A DNA stretch of 61,798 bases, counting the filler. It is 4 parts of 4 records of this genome, joined end to end, with 100 filler letters (N's around TTAATTAATTAA, not from the genome) between each part and the next. Parts side by side here need not be neighbours in the genome. Positions count along the whole stretch, not along the records: positions 1 to 21,820 come from SRR20825006_2959; 3 more parts are not named here. One strand, given 5' to 3'. Shown one piece after another: positions 9,312 through 18,547 of this stretch. Both the position numbers and the translations under genes were made by a program. Each line of letters starts with the position of its first letter. Positions within the stretch are counted from its first letter, which is position 1. Under the pieces are notes generated by a model. The model saw only the letters and a list, made by a program, of their open reading frames with translations. It was not told where the DNA came from and ran no database searches.

Positions 9312-9414
9312 TGTCAGGGAAGGGTAAGTTGTCGGACAGAAGCTGAACAAACGCCCCAGGGGGCTGGGGGGGCTGATGGGTCCGGGGTGTCTGCTGAACA
9401 CCTCCGTCCGACAA
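9312..9414 (-). ncRNA. Candidate structured small RNA
   Basis: 86-nt hairpin TTGTCGGACGGAGG...CTTCTGTCCGACAA with G-U pairs valid on the minus strand and a C-rich loop; starts just downstream of a sigma70-like promoter. Confidence 0.6.
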
Positions 9415-9418
9415 TTAG

Positions 9419-9447
9419 AAGATGATTGTCGTCGGGGGCGGACGCAA
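9419..9447 (-). promoter_or_regulatory. Sigma70-like promoter for the sRNA candidate
   Basis: TTGCGT-N17-CATCTT on minus strand. Confidence 0.55.
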
Positions 9448-9557
9448 GGCGTAAACATGGCAAAACTGCCCCAATTACCCCCGTTTTGCATTAAATCGCG
9501 GTTAGGCGAGCTTACCAGCCACCTTTTCGCGTCTCAGGAGAAACCAGAAAGGGAAAA

Positions 9558-9893
9558 ATGGCTGAAAACACGCACCGGATAACGCCCCCGGAACCGCGAA
9601 TCGCTTTTCACAAGACCGAACTCCAACCGATTCTCGACGTCTATGGCCGATTGGTCATGGCCGGCAAGGCAAGGGACTATGCCATTGGCATGCACAAGGA
9701 CGTCGCGATCTTTGCCATTTTCAGGCGACACGCCGAAAACCCCACCTGGCGGATCGAGAAACAGCCCCATCTCGCAAACATGCAGGGCCAGTATGTGGTC
9801 TACGGACAGGCCGGTCAGGTGCTGCGCCGCGGCCGCGAACTGTCGCAAGTCCTGCGCGTTTTCGACCGCAGCCGTTTCCGCGTCATTGAGTGA
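9558..9893 (+). CDS. DUF2794 family protein
   Basis: F...EL..IL.VYGRLVMAG..RDYAI, FAIFRR..E.P..RIEK, GQVLRRG.EL..VLRVFD. Confidence 0.88.
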   Translation: MAENTHRITPPEPRIAFHKTELQPILDVYGRLVMAGKARDYAIGMHKDVAIFAIFRRHAENPTWRIEKQPHLANMQGQYVVYGQAGQVLRRGRELSQVLRVFDRSRFRVIE

Positions 9894-9909
9894 AATTCGA
9901 TCGAATGCG

Positions 9910-9925
9910 TTAACACGCTGTTAAC
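9910..9925 (+). promoter_or_regulatory. CtrA binding site
   Basis: TTAA-CACGCTG-TTAAC, exact TTAA-N7-TTAAC consensus, intergenic. Confidence 0.7.
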
Positions 9926-9950
9926 TAAAAAATTCTTGCGGAACGTTCTG

Positions 9951-9990
9951 GAACATTATAGGAACATGCTCATCAGAACGGAGCATGAAC
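9951..9990 (+). promoter_or_regulatory. Two alphaproteobacterial LexA (SOS) boxes
   Basis: GAAC-ATTATAG-GAAC (9951-9965) and GAAC-GGAGCAT-GAAC (9976-9990); consensus GAAC-N7-GAAC. Confidence 0.8.
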
Positions 9991-10338
9991 ATGGGTATCG
10001 ACGTAAGATTTCGGGGACGGTCAGGCAAAGCCTGGGATTTCAAACGCGTTCCATTGGATGCGCCTTGGGCGCGCACGGCAGGCGTGGCATTGTTTGCCGC
10101 TCCGGACACATATGGATGGCGCATCATCCGCACGATTGAATTGTCGGGCAAGCCAAACGACGTCCAGCCAATCTGGGCACTCGCCGATGCCGAACGCTAC
10201 GGCGCGCGGGCGGTCTTCCTCGCCACGGAATTCGATGCGCGCACGCGCCGCCTGATCGTGAACGATATCGAGGCCGGCTTCAGCCCGGTCTGCGTAACGG
10301 ATCGCAGCCGGGCCGACGCCGCACCCATCGCGGCCTGA
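9991..10338 (+). CDS. Hypothetical protein (about 115 aa), probably SOS-regulated
   Basis: GGAG 7 nt before ATG 9991; host-like codon usage; no motif recognised. Confidence 0.8.
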   Translation: MGIDVRFRGRSGKAWDFKRVPLDAPWARTAGVALFAAPDTYGWRIIRTIELSGKPNDVQPIWALADAERYGARAVFLATEFDARTRRLIVNDIEAGFSPVCVTDRSRADAAPIAA

Positions 10339-10339
10339 T

Positions 10340-12043
10340 CTATTCGATTTCCTGACCCGGCCTGTTCAGGGCGGCCTGTGCTTCGGCCGTTTCTGCCAGC
10401 CGGGTCAGTTGTACGAATTCCGCGCGATAGCCGAATTCATCCGGGCCCTTGGCGCCATTCGCCAGATTTCGGATTTCCTCCCAGCCGAAACCGGTGCCGA
10501 GGGCCTCTCCCCCTTTCAGCATCTCGCCATAGCCTGCCACCGACGTGGCAAAGCGCGCCCATTGCGGGGCGGCGGCTGTGCTGGCCACACGGTCGGAAAG
10601 GGTGACAGGACGCTCCAGCAGGATGGAGTCCTCCGCGCCGGGGGCCTTGTAGCGCAGTTTCACAAACGCATATTCCCCGGACGGATCGCTGGCCGACGTA
10701 TCCGTGTCACCATAGCGCAGCGGATCGATCTGAGCGGCGTCTGAGCCAACCGGCGTGATCTCATAGATCGCGGTGACACTCGTGCCCGCGCCAATATCGC
10801 CGGCATCGACCTTGTCATTGTTGAAGTCTTCCCGGTCCAGCATACGGGTCTCGTAGCCGATCAGGCGATACTCGGCGACGCGCGCCGGATTGAACTCCAC
10901 CTGGATCTTCACATCATCCGCAATCGGAAAGATATTGCCCGACAGGTCATCGGCCAGAATCTTGCGCGCTTCGCTCAGCGTATCGACATAGGCCGCCGTG
11001 CCGTTTCCGGTCTGGGCGATCTTCTGCATCATCGCATCATTGTAATTGCCGCGCCCGAAGCCGAGCACGGACAGGTAAATGCCGGTCTCGCGCTTGCGGG
11101 AGACGAAATCCTCCAACTGTTCCGGGTCGGAAATGCCGACATTGAAGTCTCCATCGGTCAGCAGCATGACGCGATTGACGGCATCTTCCTTCAGGCCCTG
11201 TTCGGCCAGCGAATAGGCAAGGCGCAGGCCTTCACCGCCCGCGGTAGAGCCACCGGCTTTCAATTCTTCCAGCGCCGCAACAATCTTGCGCTTCTCGCTG
11301 ACCGGTGTCGGCTCCAGGATTTCCCCGGCGGCGCCCGCATAGACGACGATGGCGATCGTATCGGTTGGCTTCATCTCCTCCAGCATCAGCTTGATGGCCT
11401 GCTTGGCCAGCGGCAGCTTGTCGTCGGAGAACATGGATCCCGACACGTCCATCAACAGGGTGAGATTGATGGGCGGGCGGGCATCGCGGTCTATGTCCCG
11501 GCCCTGAATGCCGATCTGCATCAGCTCGCGTCCCTCTGCAAAGGGTGAGGGCATCACATTCACCTGGGTCGAGAAGGGGGCCTCGCCTTCGGCGGGCTGG
11601 GGATAGGTATAGTCGAAATAATTGATCAGCTCCTCGATGCGCACGGCATCCTTGGGCGGCAGGATGCCGTCTTCGAGAAAGCGCCGCACATTGGCATAGG
11701 AGGCCGTGTCGACATCAATCGAGAAGGTCGAGACCGGTTCTTCGCTGACCAGCTTGACCGGGTTCTGCTCGACATCCTCATACTGGTCCCGGAATTCGGG
11801 TGCGGGCGCCAGGATCACTGGTGCGGCCATTGCTTTGCCGAGCATGGCCCGGGATTCCATCACCATTTGCGGCGGTGGCGGAGCAGGGGGCGGTGGGGGC
11901 GGCGCGGATGAGTCCTGCTGGCTGCCCGTGACAGTTACCGTTTGCAACTCCGCGTCGCCTGCCTGACCGGTCTCACTCGTTTCACAAGCTGTCAGTATTG
12001 CGGCGGCGGCCACTCCGGCCAGAACCATTCCTCGCATGCGCAT
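10340..12043 (-). CDS. YfbK-like VWA-domain lipoprotein (vWF_A/VWA/DUF3520)
   Basis: Lipobox LTAC, STFSIDVDTASY, MIDAS DVSGSM, LLTDGDFNVG, YRLIGYETR; GAGGAGGG before ATG 12043. Confidence 0.92.
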   Translation of the reverse strand: MRMRGMVLAGVAAAAILTACETSETGQAGDAELQTVTVTGSQQDSSAPPPPPPAPPPPQMVMESRAMLGKAMAAPVILAPAPEFRDQYEDVEQNPVKLVSEEPVSTFSIDVDTASYANVRRFLEDGILPPKDAVRIEELINYFDYTYPQPAEGEAPFSTQVNVMPSPFAEGRELMQIGIQGRDIDRDARPPINLTLLMDVSGSMFSDDKLPLAKQAIKLMLEEMKPTDTIAIVVYAGAAGEILEPTPVSEKRKIVAALEELKAGGSTAGGEGLRLAYSLAEQGLKEDAVNRVMLLTDGDFNVGISDPEQLEDFVSRKRETGIYLSVLGFGRGNYNDAMMQKIAQTGNGTAAYVDTLSEARKILADDLSGNIFPIADDVKIQVEFNPARVAEYRLIGYETRMLDREDFNNDKVDAGDIGAGTSVTAIYEITPVGSDAAQIDPLRYGDTDTSASDPSGEYAFVKLRYKAPGAEDSILLERPVTLSDRVASTAAAPQWARFATSVAGYGEMLKGGEALGTGFGWEEIRNLANGAKGPDEFGYRAEFVQLTRLAETAEAQAALNRPGQEIE

Positions 12044-12136
12044 GATGTCCCTCCTCATTGCGTCCTTGAGGTGACAAAATGGTAAGCCGCGCATGGCGTC
12101 AATAAGGCGAAGCCCGGATAGTTTGTGGCAAAAAGC

Positions 12137-14023
12137 CTAGTTCGACAGGTCGACTTTCGAAATGTACCAGCGCTCCACATCTCGTTCGAGCAGGGAGAGG
12201 GGGCGCGGTCCGCCGCCAAGAACAACGGCGTGGAATTCTGCCAGATCGAAATCGGGGCCGAGTACGCGTTGGGACCGTTCGCGCAAATCCAGTATGCGTT
12301 GCGCGCCCACCCAATAGGCGGCTGCCTGTCCGGGCCAGACGGCATAGCGGTCCACTTCCTGGGCCATGGCCTCTGGCGATTGTCCCGTCGTCTCAGCGAG
12401 GTAGTCGATTGCCTGCTGGCGGGTCCAGTGGTCTCGATGCATGCCCGTGTCGGCCACGAGACGTGCAGCGCGGAACAACATGGACTGCAGGAACCCGATC
12501 CGGCCCAGCGGATCGTCCGTGTACAGGCCGCGATCATGCGCGAGGATTTCGCCATATACAGCCCAGCCTTCGCCATAGGCTACATTCCAGATCATCTGAC
12601 GGATCAAAGGCAGGTTGGCGGTCTCTGCGGTGAGAGCGCTTTCCAGATGGTGCCCCGGAATCGTCTCGTGGAAGACCAGCGTCGCCAGCATGAAGTCCGG
12701 CCAGTCCGTCATATCACTGAGATTGATTTCGAACTGGGCCGGGGCCGAGCCATTGGCCGGGGCCGCGCTGTAGAAGGCCGATGGGGCAGATGCTTGCAGA
12801 AAATCCGGCACGGCACGGATCGTCACGCCCGTCCGCGGCATGCCGGGCATGATTTCGGCCATGTTCGTCTCTGCGCGAACCATATGCGTCCGCATGCGTG
12901 CCAACAGGGCCTCGCGCCCTTCCGGCGTGTCTTCATACAATTGGCCGTCGAGTAGTGACAGGGCCGCCAGCCGTTCGGTCAGCGTGCCTTCGACCAATTC
13001 CTGTGCCTCCAGCGCGGCCATCAATTCTTCGGTCAGTTGGGCCACTTCGGCCAAGCCCTGGGCGTGCAGGGCTTCGGCGGTGATCCCTTCATCCGTATAG
13101 GCTGTCAGGGCGGCGTCATAATAGACATCCCCGCCGGGCAGTTGCCAGACGCCGGGCTCTTCCGGCGCGTCGTCCATCAGCGCCTCCAGCGCGGCGGCGA
13201 ACTCGGCATAGGCAGGCAGCACGTCATTGCGCACAAGCGCGTCGACGCGGGCGGCGAGTTCTGTCTGCTCCTGCAGGCTGAGGCCATCCGCGCCTGAGGC
13301 GAGATTGTTGAAGGTCGTGACCAGCAAATGTGCCTCGGCGGGCCTTGCGCCGATTGTTTCCGCCAGTGTTTGCATACGCGCCAGCACGAATACGGGCGGC
13401 ACGATCCCGGCGCGGGCATCAGCCTGAAGACGGCGGCGCTCGTCCTGCAACGCGCCGGGAAGCTGCGCCAGTCGGCTGACATAGTCGCGCGCATCTTGAG
13501 CGGTGCCAAACGGATGCGCGCCGGTCAGCAGGTCCGGCACATCAATATACGCCCCGCGCATATGATCGGCGACATAGGGGTAGGCGTGGCCAAGACCGGT
13601 CTGGCCATGACCGGCGACAAACAGGGATTCCGCGGTCTCATACGCCTGGATAACCGTGTCGAGGTGCCGGGCCTGTTGCCCGCCTTCGACCGGGCGCGGC
13701 GCGGCCAACAAGGCTTCCAGGATTTCGAGCCGTTTGACACGTGTCCGCTCAAACGCGGCCTGTGAGCGGTCGGTGAGATAGGCGTTGAAATCATACCCGG
13801 TGGCGTCCTCGGACAGGCCCAGCCGGGTCGCCATTTCCGGATTGTCAGCAAGTTCATTCGCGGCAATCGAGGCCATCAGATCATCAACCTGGCGCGCAAT
13901 CCGGCGGGGTGTGCCCGCATCGTCCACAGCCGGCGTACAGGCAGCCGCCAGCGACAGGACAGCCAGTCCGCTGAAAGCGCCTTGGAAAACAGATCGCATT
14001 GAGGCTGGGAAGCGCAGTTTCAT
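12137..14023 (-). CDS. DUF885 family lipoprotein (putative metallopeptidase)
   Basis: Lipobox LAAAC, HETIPGHH, YGEGWAVYGE, RAARLVADTGMH, PGQA.AY..G. Confidence 0.9.
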   Translation of the reverse strand: MKLRFPASMRSVFQGAFSGLAVLSLAAACTPAVDDAGTPRRIARQVDDLMASIAANELADNPEMATRLGLSEDATGYDFNAYLTDRSQAAFERTRVKRLEILEALLAAPRPVEGGQQARHLDTVIQAYETAESLFVAGHGQTGLGHAYPYVADHMRGAYIDVPDLLTGAHPFGTAQDARDYVSRLAQLPGALQDERRRLQADARAGIVPPVFVLARMQTLAETIGARPAEAHLLVTTFNNLASGADGLSLQEQTELAARVDALVRNDVLPAYAEFAAALEALMDDAPEEPGVWQLPGGDVYYDAALTAYTDEGITAEALHAQGLAEVAQLTEELMAALEAQELVEGTLTERLAALSLLDGQLYEDTPEGREALLARMRTHMVRAETNMAEIMPGMPRTGVTIRAVPDFLQASAPSAFYSAAPANGSAPAQFEINLSDMTDWPDFMLATLVFHETIPGHHLESALTAETANLPLIRQMIWNVAYGEGWAVYGEILAHDRGLYTDDPLGRIGFLQSMLFRAARLVADTGMHRDHWTRQQAIDYLAETTGQSPEAMAQEVDRYAVWPGQAAAYWVGAQRILDLRERSQRVLGPDFDLAEFHAVVLGGGPRPLSLLERDVERWYISKVDLSN

Positions 14024-14128
14024 TGGAGAAATATGACCTTTTCCTGACTGTAGTTCCCACGCTTTGGGGTGTTGTGGGCTGTGGCTATTTCCGGTAACGA
14101 TCCGGCAACAATTTCGGGAGTCTCCAAC

Positions 14129-14941
14129 GTGAACACAACACCTGCAACCCCGCCAGCGGGCGGACAGCCGAACCTTTCCGGCACCGTGATGTTCTACAAG
14201 CAGCCTCAGCCGCTGTCTGCAGAAGCTCATGCTGGCCTTGGCGTCAAACAGATCGAACAACCTTTCGCGTTCCTGCGAGAGTCCCATGCTGTACCGGTAA
14301 CGGTTTCCGAATTCGGAAGAGCGGCGAGTTTTTACCCGCTGATCTTCGTCGGCGAAGAACGCACACCAGTTGCCGTGATGGGCATCCGTCAGGGCCAGAA
14401 CCTGTATGTCGACAATAACGGATTCGTGGCTGACGACCATTACGTGCCGGCCTTTGTGCGCCGCTATCCATTCGTCTTTGCGTCTGATGAAGGCTCAGAC
14501 CGTCTGGTCCTGTGCGTCGACCGCGCCGCGCCGATGGTCAGCAACCAGCCGGAAGTGCCTTTCTTCGAAAACGGCCAGCCGAGCAAATTCACCAATGACG
14601 CCATTGAATTCTGTAAGGAATTCGAGCGCCAGCGTCAGGCCACCGTCGAATTCGGTCGCATCCTGAAGGATATGGATCTGCTGGAGCAGAAGACGGTTTC
14701 CTTCCAGCCGCGCGACAATCAGGGCAATCCGGTTGGCCAACAGCAGAAGATCGCTGACTATTGGGCCGTTTCCGAAGACAAGCTGAACGCGCTGCCAACC
14801 GAGAAATTCCTCGAACTGCGCAGCAATGGTGCCCTCGGCGCAATCTATGCGCACCTGATTTCACTGATGAACTGGCAGGTCGTGATCCAGCGCGCGGTCC
14901 GCATTCAGGCGACCGAGGCGGTCGCAGCGCCCGTCAACTAG
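14129..14941 (+). CDS. SapC family protein
   Basis: YPLIF, YVPAFVRRYPF, GALGAIYAHLISL; GGGAG before GTG 14129. Confidence 0.88.
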   Translation: MNTTPATPPAGGQPNLSGTVMFYKQPQPLSAEAHAGLGVKQIEQPFAFLRESHAVPVTVSEFGRAASFYPLIFVGEERTPVAVMGIRQGQNLYVDNNGFVADDHYVPAFVRRYPFVFASDEGSDRLVLCVDRAAPMVSNQPEVPFFENGQPSKFTNDAIEFCKEFERQRQATVEFGRILKDMDLLEQKTVSFQPRDNQGNPVGQQQKIADYWAVSEDKLNALPTEKFLELRSNGALGAIYAHLISLMNWQVVIQRAVRIQATEAVAAPVN

Positions 14942-14962
14942 GCTTCACGCCCATCGAACAGG

Positions 14963-14992
14963 AAAAGCGGCTCCATCCGGAGCCGCTTTTTT
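14963..14992 (+). terminator. Intrinsic terminator after sapC
   Basis: AAAAGCGGCTCC-ATCC-GGAGCCGCTTTTTT. Confidence 0.9.
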
Positions 14993-15106
14993 CTTGCGCG
15001 CCATGCCATGGTCACTGTGTCATCACGTTTGAGCGAGGCCCTTCATTCTGCGACCAATCGCAGGCATACGGGCACACCAGTACATATGCCGCCTAAAGGA
15101 CCTCTC

Positions 15107-17200
15107 ATGATCAGAGCTCTCACCCTGCCGTTTCTCGCCGCCCTGATGGCGATGATGCCGGTTGCCTACGCCCAGCCCGTCGATGGGGGCCGGGCCATGG
15201 TCGAGCTGATTACCGAACGCGAACGCGTTGAGCCCGGTGAAACATTCTATGCCGCGATCAAGATGGACCTCGATGCGGGCTGGCATGTCTATTGGCGCAA
15301 TGCCGGGGATGCTGGCCTGCCGCCGCAAGTCGATGTGCTGGACGGCAGTGACATTACCGAAGCCTCCATCGGCCCCTTTGTCTGGCCCATTCCTCATCTG
15401 CTGCCGGTCGTGGAAGGGGAGATCATGGATTATGGCTATGATGACCGCCTTGTCCTGCCATTTCCGCTGACCATTCCCGCCGATGCGATGGGCAGCGTGC
15501 AGCTCAATCTCCTCGCTGATTATCTGATCTGCGAAGAAATCTGCATTCCCGAAACCGCCGAAGTGAGCCTGACCTTGCCCGTCGGCCCCAGCGAGCCGCA
15601 CATCGAAGATGGCATGCTGATCAGCAAATGGATCGCGAAAGCGCCGCGTGATTTTGATGGCGAAGCGCGTATCGACGCCAGCAGCAGCCTCTGGAAGCTG
15701 AGCCTGAAAACCGAAGGCGGCTTCGATCCCGGCTCCAACATCCGGTTCTACCCCTTTGGCCATGAAATCAGTCACCCGGCAGACCAGCCGCTCAGTTTTG
15801 GCAGCGATGGGGCCACGCTCAGCCTCACGCCTGCCGATGACAGCCTGGAAGCAGCACTTGAGGGCATTGTCGTCGTCGAGACCCCGGACGGAGACCGCGC
15901 CGGCTATACGATTGCCGCCGATCAGGGGAGTGTCTTCGAGAATACGGCGGGCATCGCCGCCCGGTCGGCATCGTCCGGCGCAGGTGGCAAAAGCCTGATC
16001 GCGCTCGCATTGGCGGCGGTGATTGGCGGCCTGATCCTGAATCTGATGCCCTGCGTCCTTCCGGTGCTCTCCATCAAGGCGATGGGCATGGTGCATGCGG
16101 TCGCGTCCGGCCATGAAAGCGAAGTGCGCAGCCACGGGCTCTGGTATACGGGCGGCGTCCTCCTTTCCTTTGCCGCGCTTGCCGCCGCCATCATCGCGAT
16201 CCGCGAAGCTACCGGCACGGCCAATCTCGGCTTCCAGCTGCAGAACGGCCCAACCGTGGCCGTGCTGACGCTGATCATGTTCGTCATCGGCCTCTGGCTG
16301 CTTGGCATGTTCGAGCTTGGCACGTCGATCCAGAATACCGGCAGCAGCCTCGCCTCGCGCAGTGGCTCGATGGGCGCCTTCTTTACGGGCGTGCTCGCCG
16401 CTGTGGTGGGTGCGCCCTGTATCGGGCCCTTCCTCGGCGCCGCGCTTGGGGCCGTGCTGGATCGTCCGGCGATCTCGGTCCTGATTGTCTTCCTCGCCAT
16501 GGGGCTTGGCCTGGCATTGCCCTATCTGGTGCTCAGCTTCGTGCCGGGCCTGTCGCGCCTGCTGCCCAAGCCGGGGCGCTGGATGGAGACATTGAAGCAG
16601 TTCTTCGCCTTCCCGATGTTCCTGACTGCGGCGCTGCTGCTGTGGACGCTTGGTGCGGTCTCTGGCCCGGCGGCGGTTGCATGGACCGTGGCGGGCGGCA
16701 CGCTGATCGCCTTCGGCATCTGGCTGGCCAAACGCGGCGGGGGCGCGCTCGCCAAGGCAGTCGCCGCGATCGCCGTGATTGCGGGGCTTGTCTATCCCGC
16801 GCTGACGGCGAACTCGTCGGTGGCGGCAGGGGAGGGCAACGCCCAGTATGCGGAGAAATATGAAACCGAAGCCTGGAGCCCGCAGCGCGTTGCGGAACTC
16901 ACCGCAGAGGGGCGCCCGGTCTTCGTGGACTTCACCGCAACCTGGTGCGCCACCTGCCAGCTCAACAAGGCGACGACGCTCAAGTCAAAAGCCGTCCAGA
17001 ACGCTTTTGCCGCGCATGATGTGGCTTTTCTCGTGGCGGACTTCACCCGCAAGGACCCGGTCATTGCCGAGGAGCTGAAACGGCGCCAGCGGGCGGGCGT
17101 GCCGATGTATCTCTGGTATGCCGCCGGGGCGACCGAGCCGGAAATCCTGCCGGAAGTGCTGTCTCAAAAGCTTGTGATTGGACTTGTCACGTCTGAGTGA
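15107..17200 (+). CDS. ScsB/DsbD-family thiol:disulfide electron transporter
   Basis: GWHVYWRNAGDAG, CEEIC, NLMPCVLP, APCIGP, DFTATWCATC thioredoxin domain. Confidence 0.92.
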   Translation: MIRALTLPFLAALMAMMPVAYAQPVDGGRAMVELITERERVEPGETFYAAIKMDLDAGWHVYWRNAGDAGLPPQVDVLDGSDITEASIGPFVWPIPHLLPVVEGEIMDYGYDDRLVLPFPLTIPADAMGSVQLNLLADYLICEEICIPETAEVSLTLPVGPSEPHIEDGMLISKWIAKAPRDFDGEARIDASSSLWKLSLKTEGGFDPGSNIRFYPFGHEISHPADQPLSFGSDGATLSLTPADDSLEAALEGIVVVETPDGDRAGYTIAADQGSVFENTAGIAARSASSGAGGKSLIALALAAVIGGLILNLMPCVLPVLSIKAMGMVHAVASGHESEVRSHGLWYTGGVLLSFAALAAAIIAIREATGTANLGFQLQNGPTVAVLTLIMFVIGLWLLGMFELGTSIQNTGSSLASRSGSMGAFFTGVLAAVVGAPCIGPFLGAALGAVLDRPAISVLIVFLAMGLGLALPYLVLSFVPGLSRLLPKPGRWMETLKQFFAFPMFLTAALLLWTLGAVSGPAAVAWTVAGGTLIAFGIWLAKRGGGALAKAVAAIAVIAGLVYPALTANSSVAAGEGNAQYAEKYETEAWSPQRVAELTAEGRPVFVDFTATWCATCQLNKATTLKSKAVQNAFAAHDVAFLVADFTRKDPVIAEELKRRQRAGVPMYLWYAAGATEPEILPEVLSQKLVIGLVTSE

Positions 17201-17241
17201 GCATGATGCCAACTCCACGACATATTGGAGGATCCCGCATC

Positions 17242-17886
17242 ATGATGAGCCGACGCAACTTTTCCCTCGCTGCTGGCATGGCCACCGCTGTGGCACTCAG
17301 CGCTGGCGCCCTGATCGCCTCGACGGCCCAGGCCGCCCCCGATGCAAGCGAGCCCATGATCGCCCCGGACTTCACCGGCACGACCGCCACCGGCGAGACC
17401 GTCTCCCTGTCGGATTATGCCGGCAAGCGGGTCGTCCTGGAATGGACCAATGATGGCTGCCCGTTCGTGCAGAAACATTATGCCGTGCCGCCTGCCAATA
17501 TGCAGGGCCTCCAGACGGATGCGTCCGAGAGCGATGTCGTCTGGCTGTCCATCATCTCCTCGGCCCCCGGCAAGCAGGGCCACCGCACCGGCGCGGAAAT
17601 CCTCGACATGAATGAAGGGCGCGGCGCGACGCCTGAGCATGTCATCATCGACGAGAGCGGCGATATTGGCCGCCTCTACAAGGCCAAGACCACGCCGCAC
17701 ATGTTCCTGATCACCGAAGACGGCATGGTGGCCTATCAGGGCGCGATTGACGACACGCCATCCGCGCGCGTCTCCGATATCGAAACGGCCACCAATTACG
17801 TCTCCGCCGCCATGCAGAGCGTGGCCGCCGGGGAGCCGGTCGAAGTCGCCAGTTCCAAACCCTATGGCTGCTCTGTCAAATACTGA
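17242..17886 (+). CDS. Exported peroxiredoxin-like redoxin (PrxL-like)
   Basis: APDF, VLEWTNDGCPFV, AKTTPHMF, YQGAIDD, PYGCSVKY; GGAGG RBS; twin-arginine-like SRRNF signal. Confidence 0.88.
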   Translation: MMSRRNFSLAAGMATAVALSAGALIASTAQAAPDASEPMIAPDFTGTTATGETVSLSDYAGKRVVLEWTNDGCPFVQKHYAVPPANMQGLQTDASESDVVWLSIISSAPGKQGHRTGAEILDMNEGRGATPEHVIIDESGDIGRLYKAKTTPHMFLITEDGMVAYQGAIDDTPSARVSDIETATNYVSAAMQSVAAGEPVEVASSKPYGCSVKY

Positions 17887-17977
17887 CGAGGGATACAGCA
17901 AACCCACTGCGTCCAAATCGGCGCAGGAAGAAACTGTTGCTTGAACCGGGTGGCAATGCGCCGTACACGCGCTCGCC

Positions 17978-18469
17978 ATGCTCCAGATTGTGCCCGAAAC
18001 CCCTGAACTCCATGCCGATGCGATCGAAGACCTCTTCGCGCGCACCTTCGGCTCGGGCCATTTTGCCAAGACAGCCGAGCGGTTGCGGGAATACTCCCAT
18101 TCCCTGCCGGAGGTGAATCGCGTCGCGGTGCTGGATGGCAAGGTGATTGCCGTCTGCCGCGTCTGGCCACTCAAAGTCGGCCCCAGCCGGGATCGCGCCC
18201 TGTTCTATGGCCCGGTCGCCGTTGGCCCGTCGCACCGGGGCAGCCGCCTTGGCCTGACCGTGACGGGCGAGGCGCTGGAGGCCGGCAAGGCCGCTGGCTG
18301 GCCCGCCGCCATCCTGATCGGCGCGCCCGCCTATTTCGGCGAGATCGGCTTTACCGTCACGCCAAAGCACCAGCTCATCTTCCCCGGCCCGCAAGACCCC
18401 GCCCGCGTCATGGTGAAAAGCCTTGCGGGCGATGCCAGCCAGCTCTCCGGCCGCGTCACCGCCGCCTAG
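17978..18469 (+). CDS. GNAT N-acetyltransferase
   Basis: FGSGHFAKTAERLRE, GPVAV.P..RG..LG, LIG...YF..IGF. Confidence 0.88.
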   Translation: MLQIVPETPELHADAIEDLFARTFGSGHFAKTAERLREYSHSLPEVNRVAVLDGKVIAVCRVWPLKVGPSRDRALFYGPVAVGPSHRGSRLGLTVTGEALEAGKAAGWPAAILIGAPAYFGEIGFTVTPKHQLIFPGPQDPARVMVKSLAGDASQLSGRVTAA

Positions 18470-18547
18470 CCACACTTCCCGCTTCTTTGACGTTGGGGCA
18501 GGGGCGCTAGGGCTCATGCAACAAAAGATCAAAGGGAGGCCCCGGCC

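Noticed and set aside
9491-9505. Near-CtrA site TTAA-N7-TTAG upstream of DUF2794
   Set aside because: One mismatch and it overlaps a likely ordinary promoter; too weak without conservation data
15023-16135. Long antisense and shadow ORFs (also 12125-12955, 20859-21797, 34385-35470, 52557-53885, 54237-55178)
   Set aside because: They overlap well-supported genes on the opposite strand, lack motifs, and are expected from codon bias
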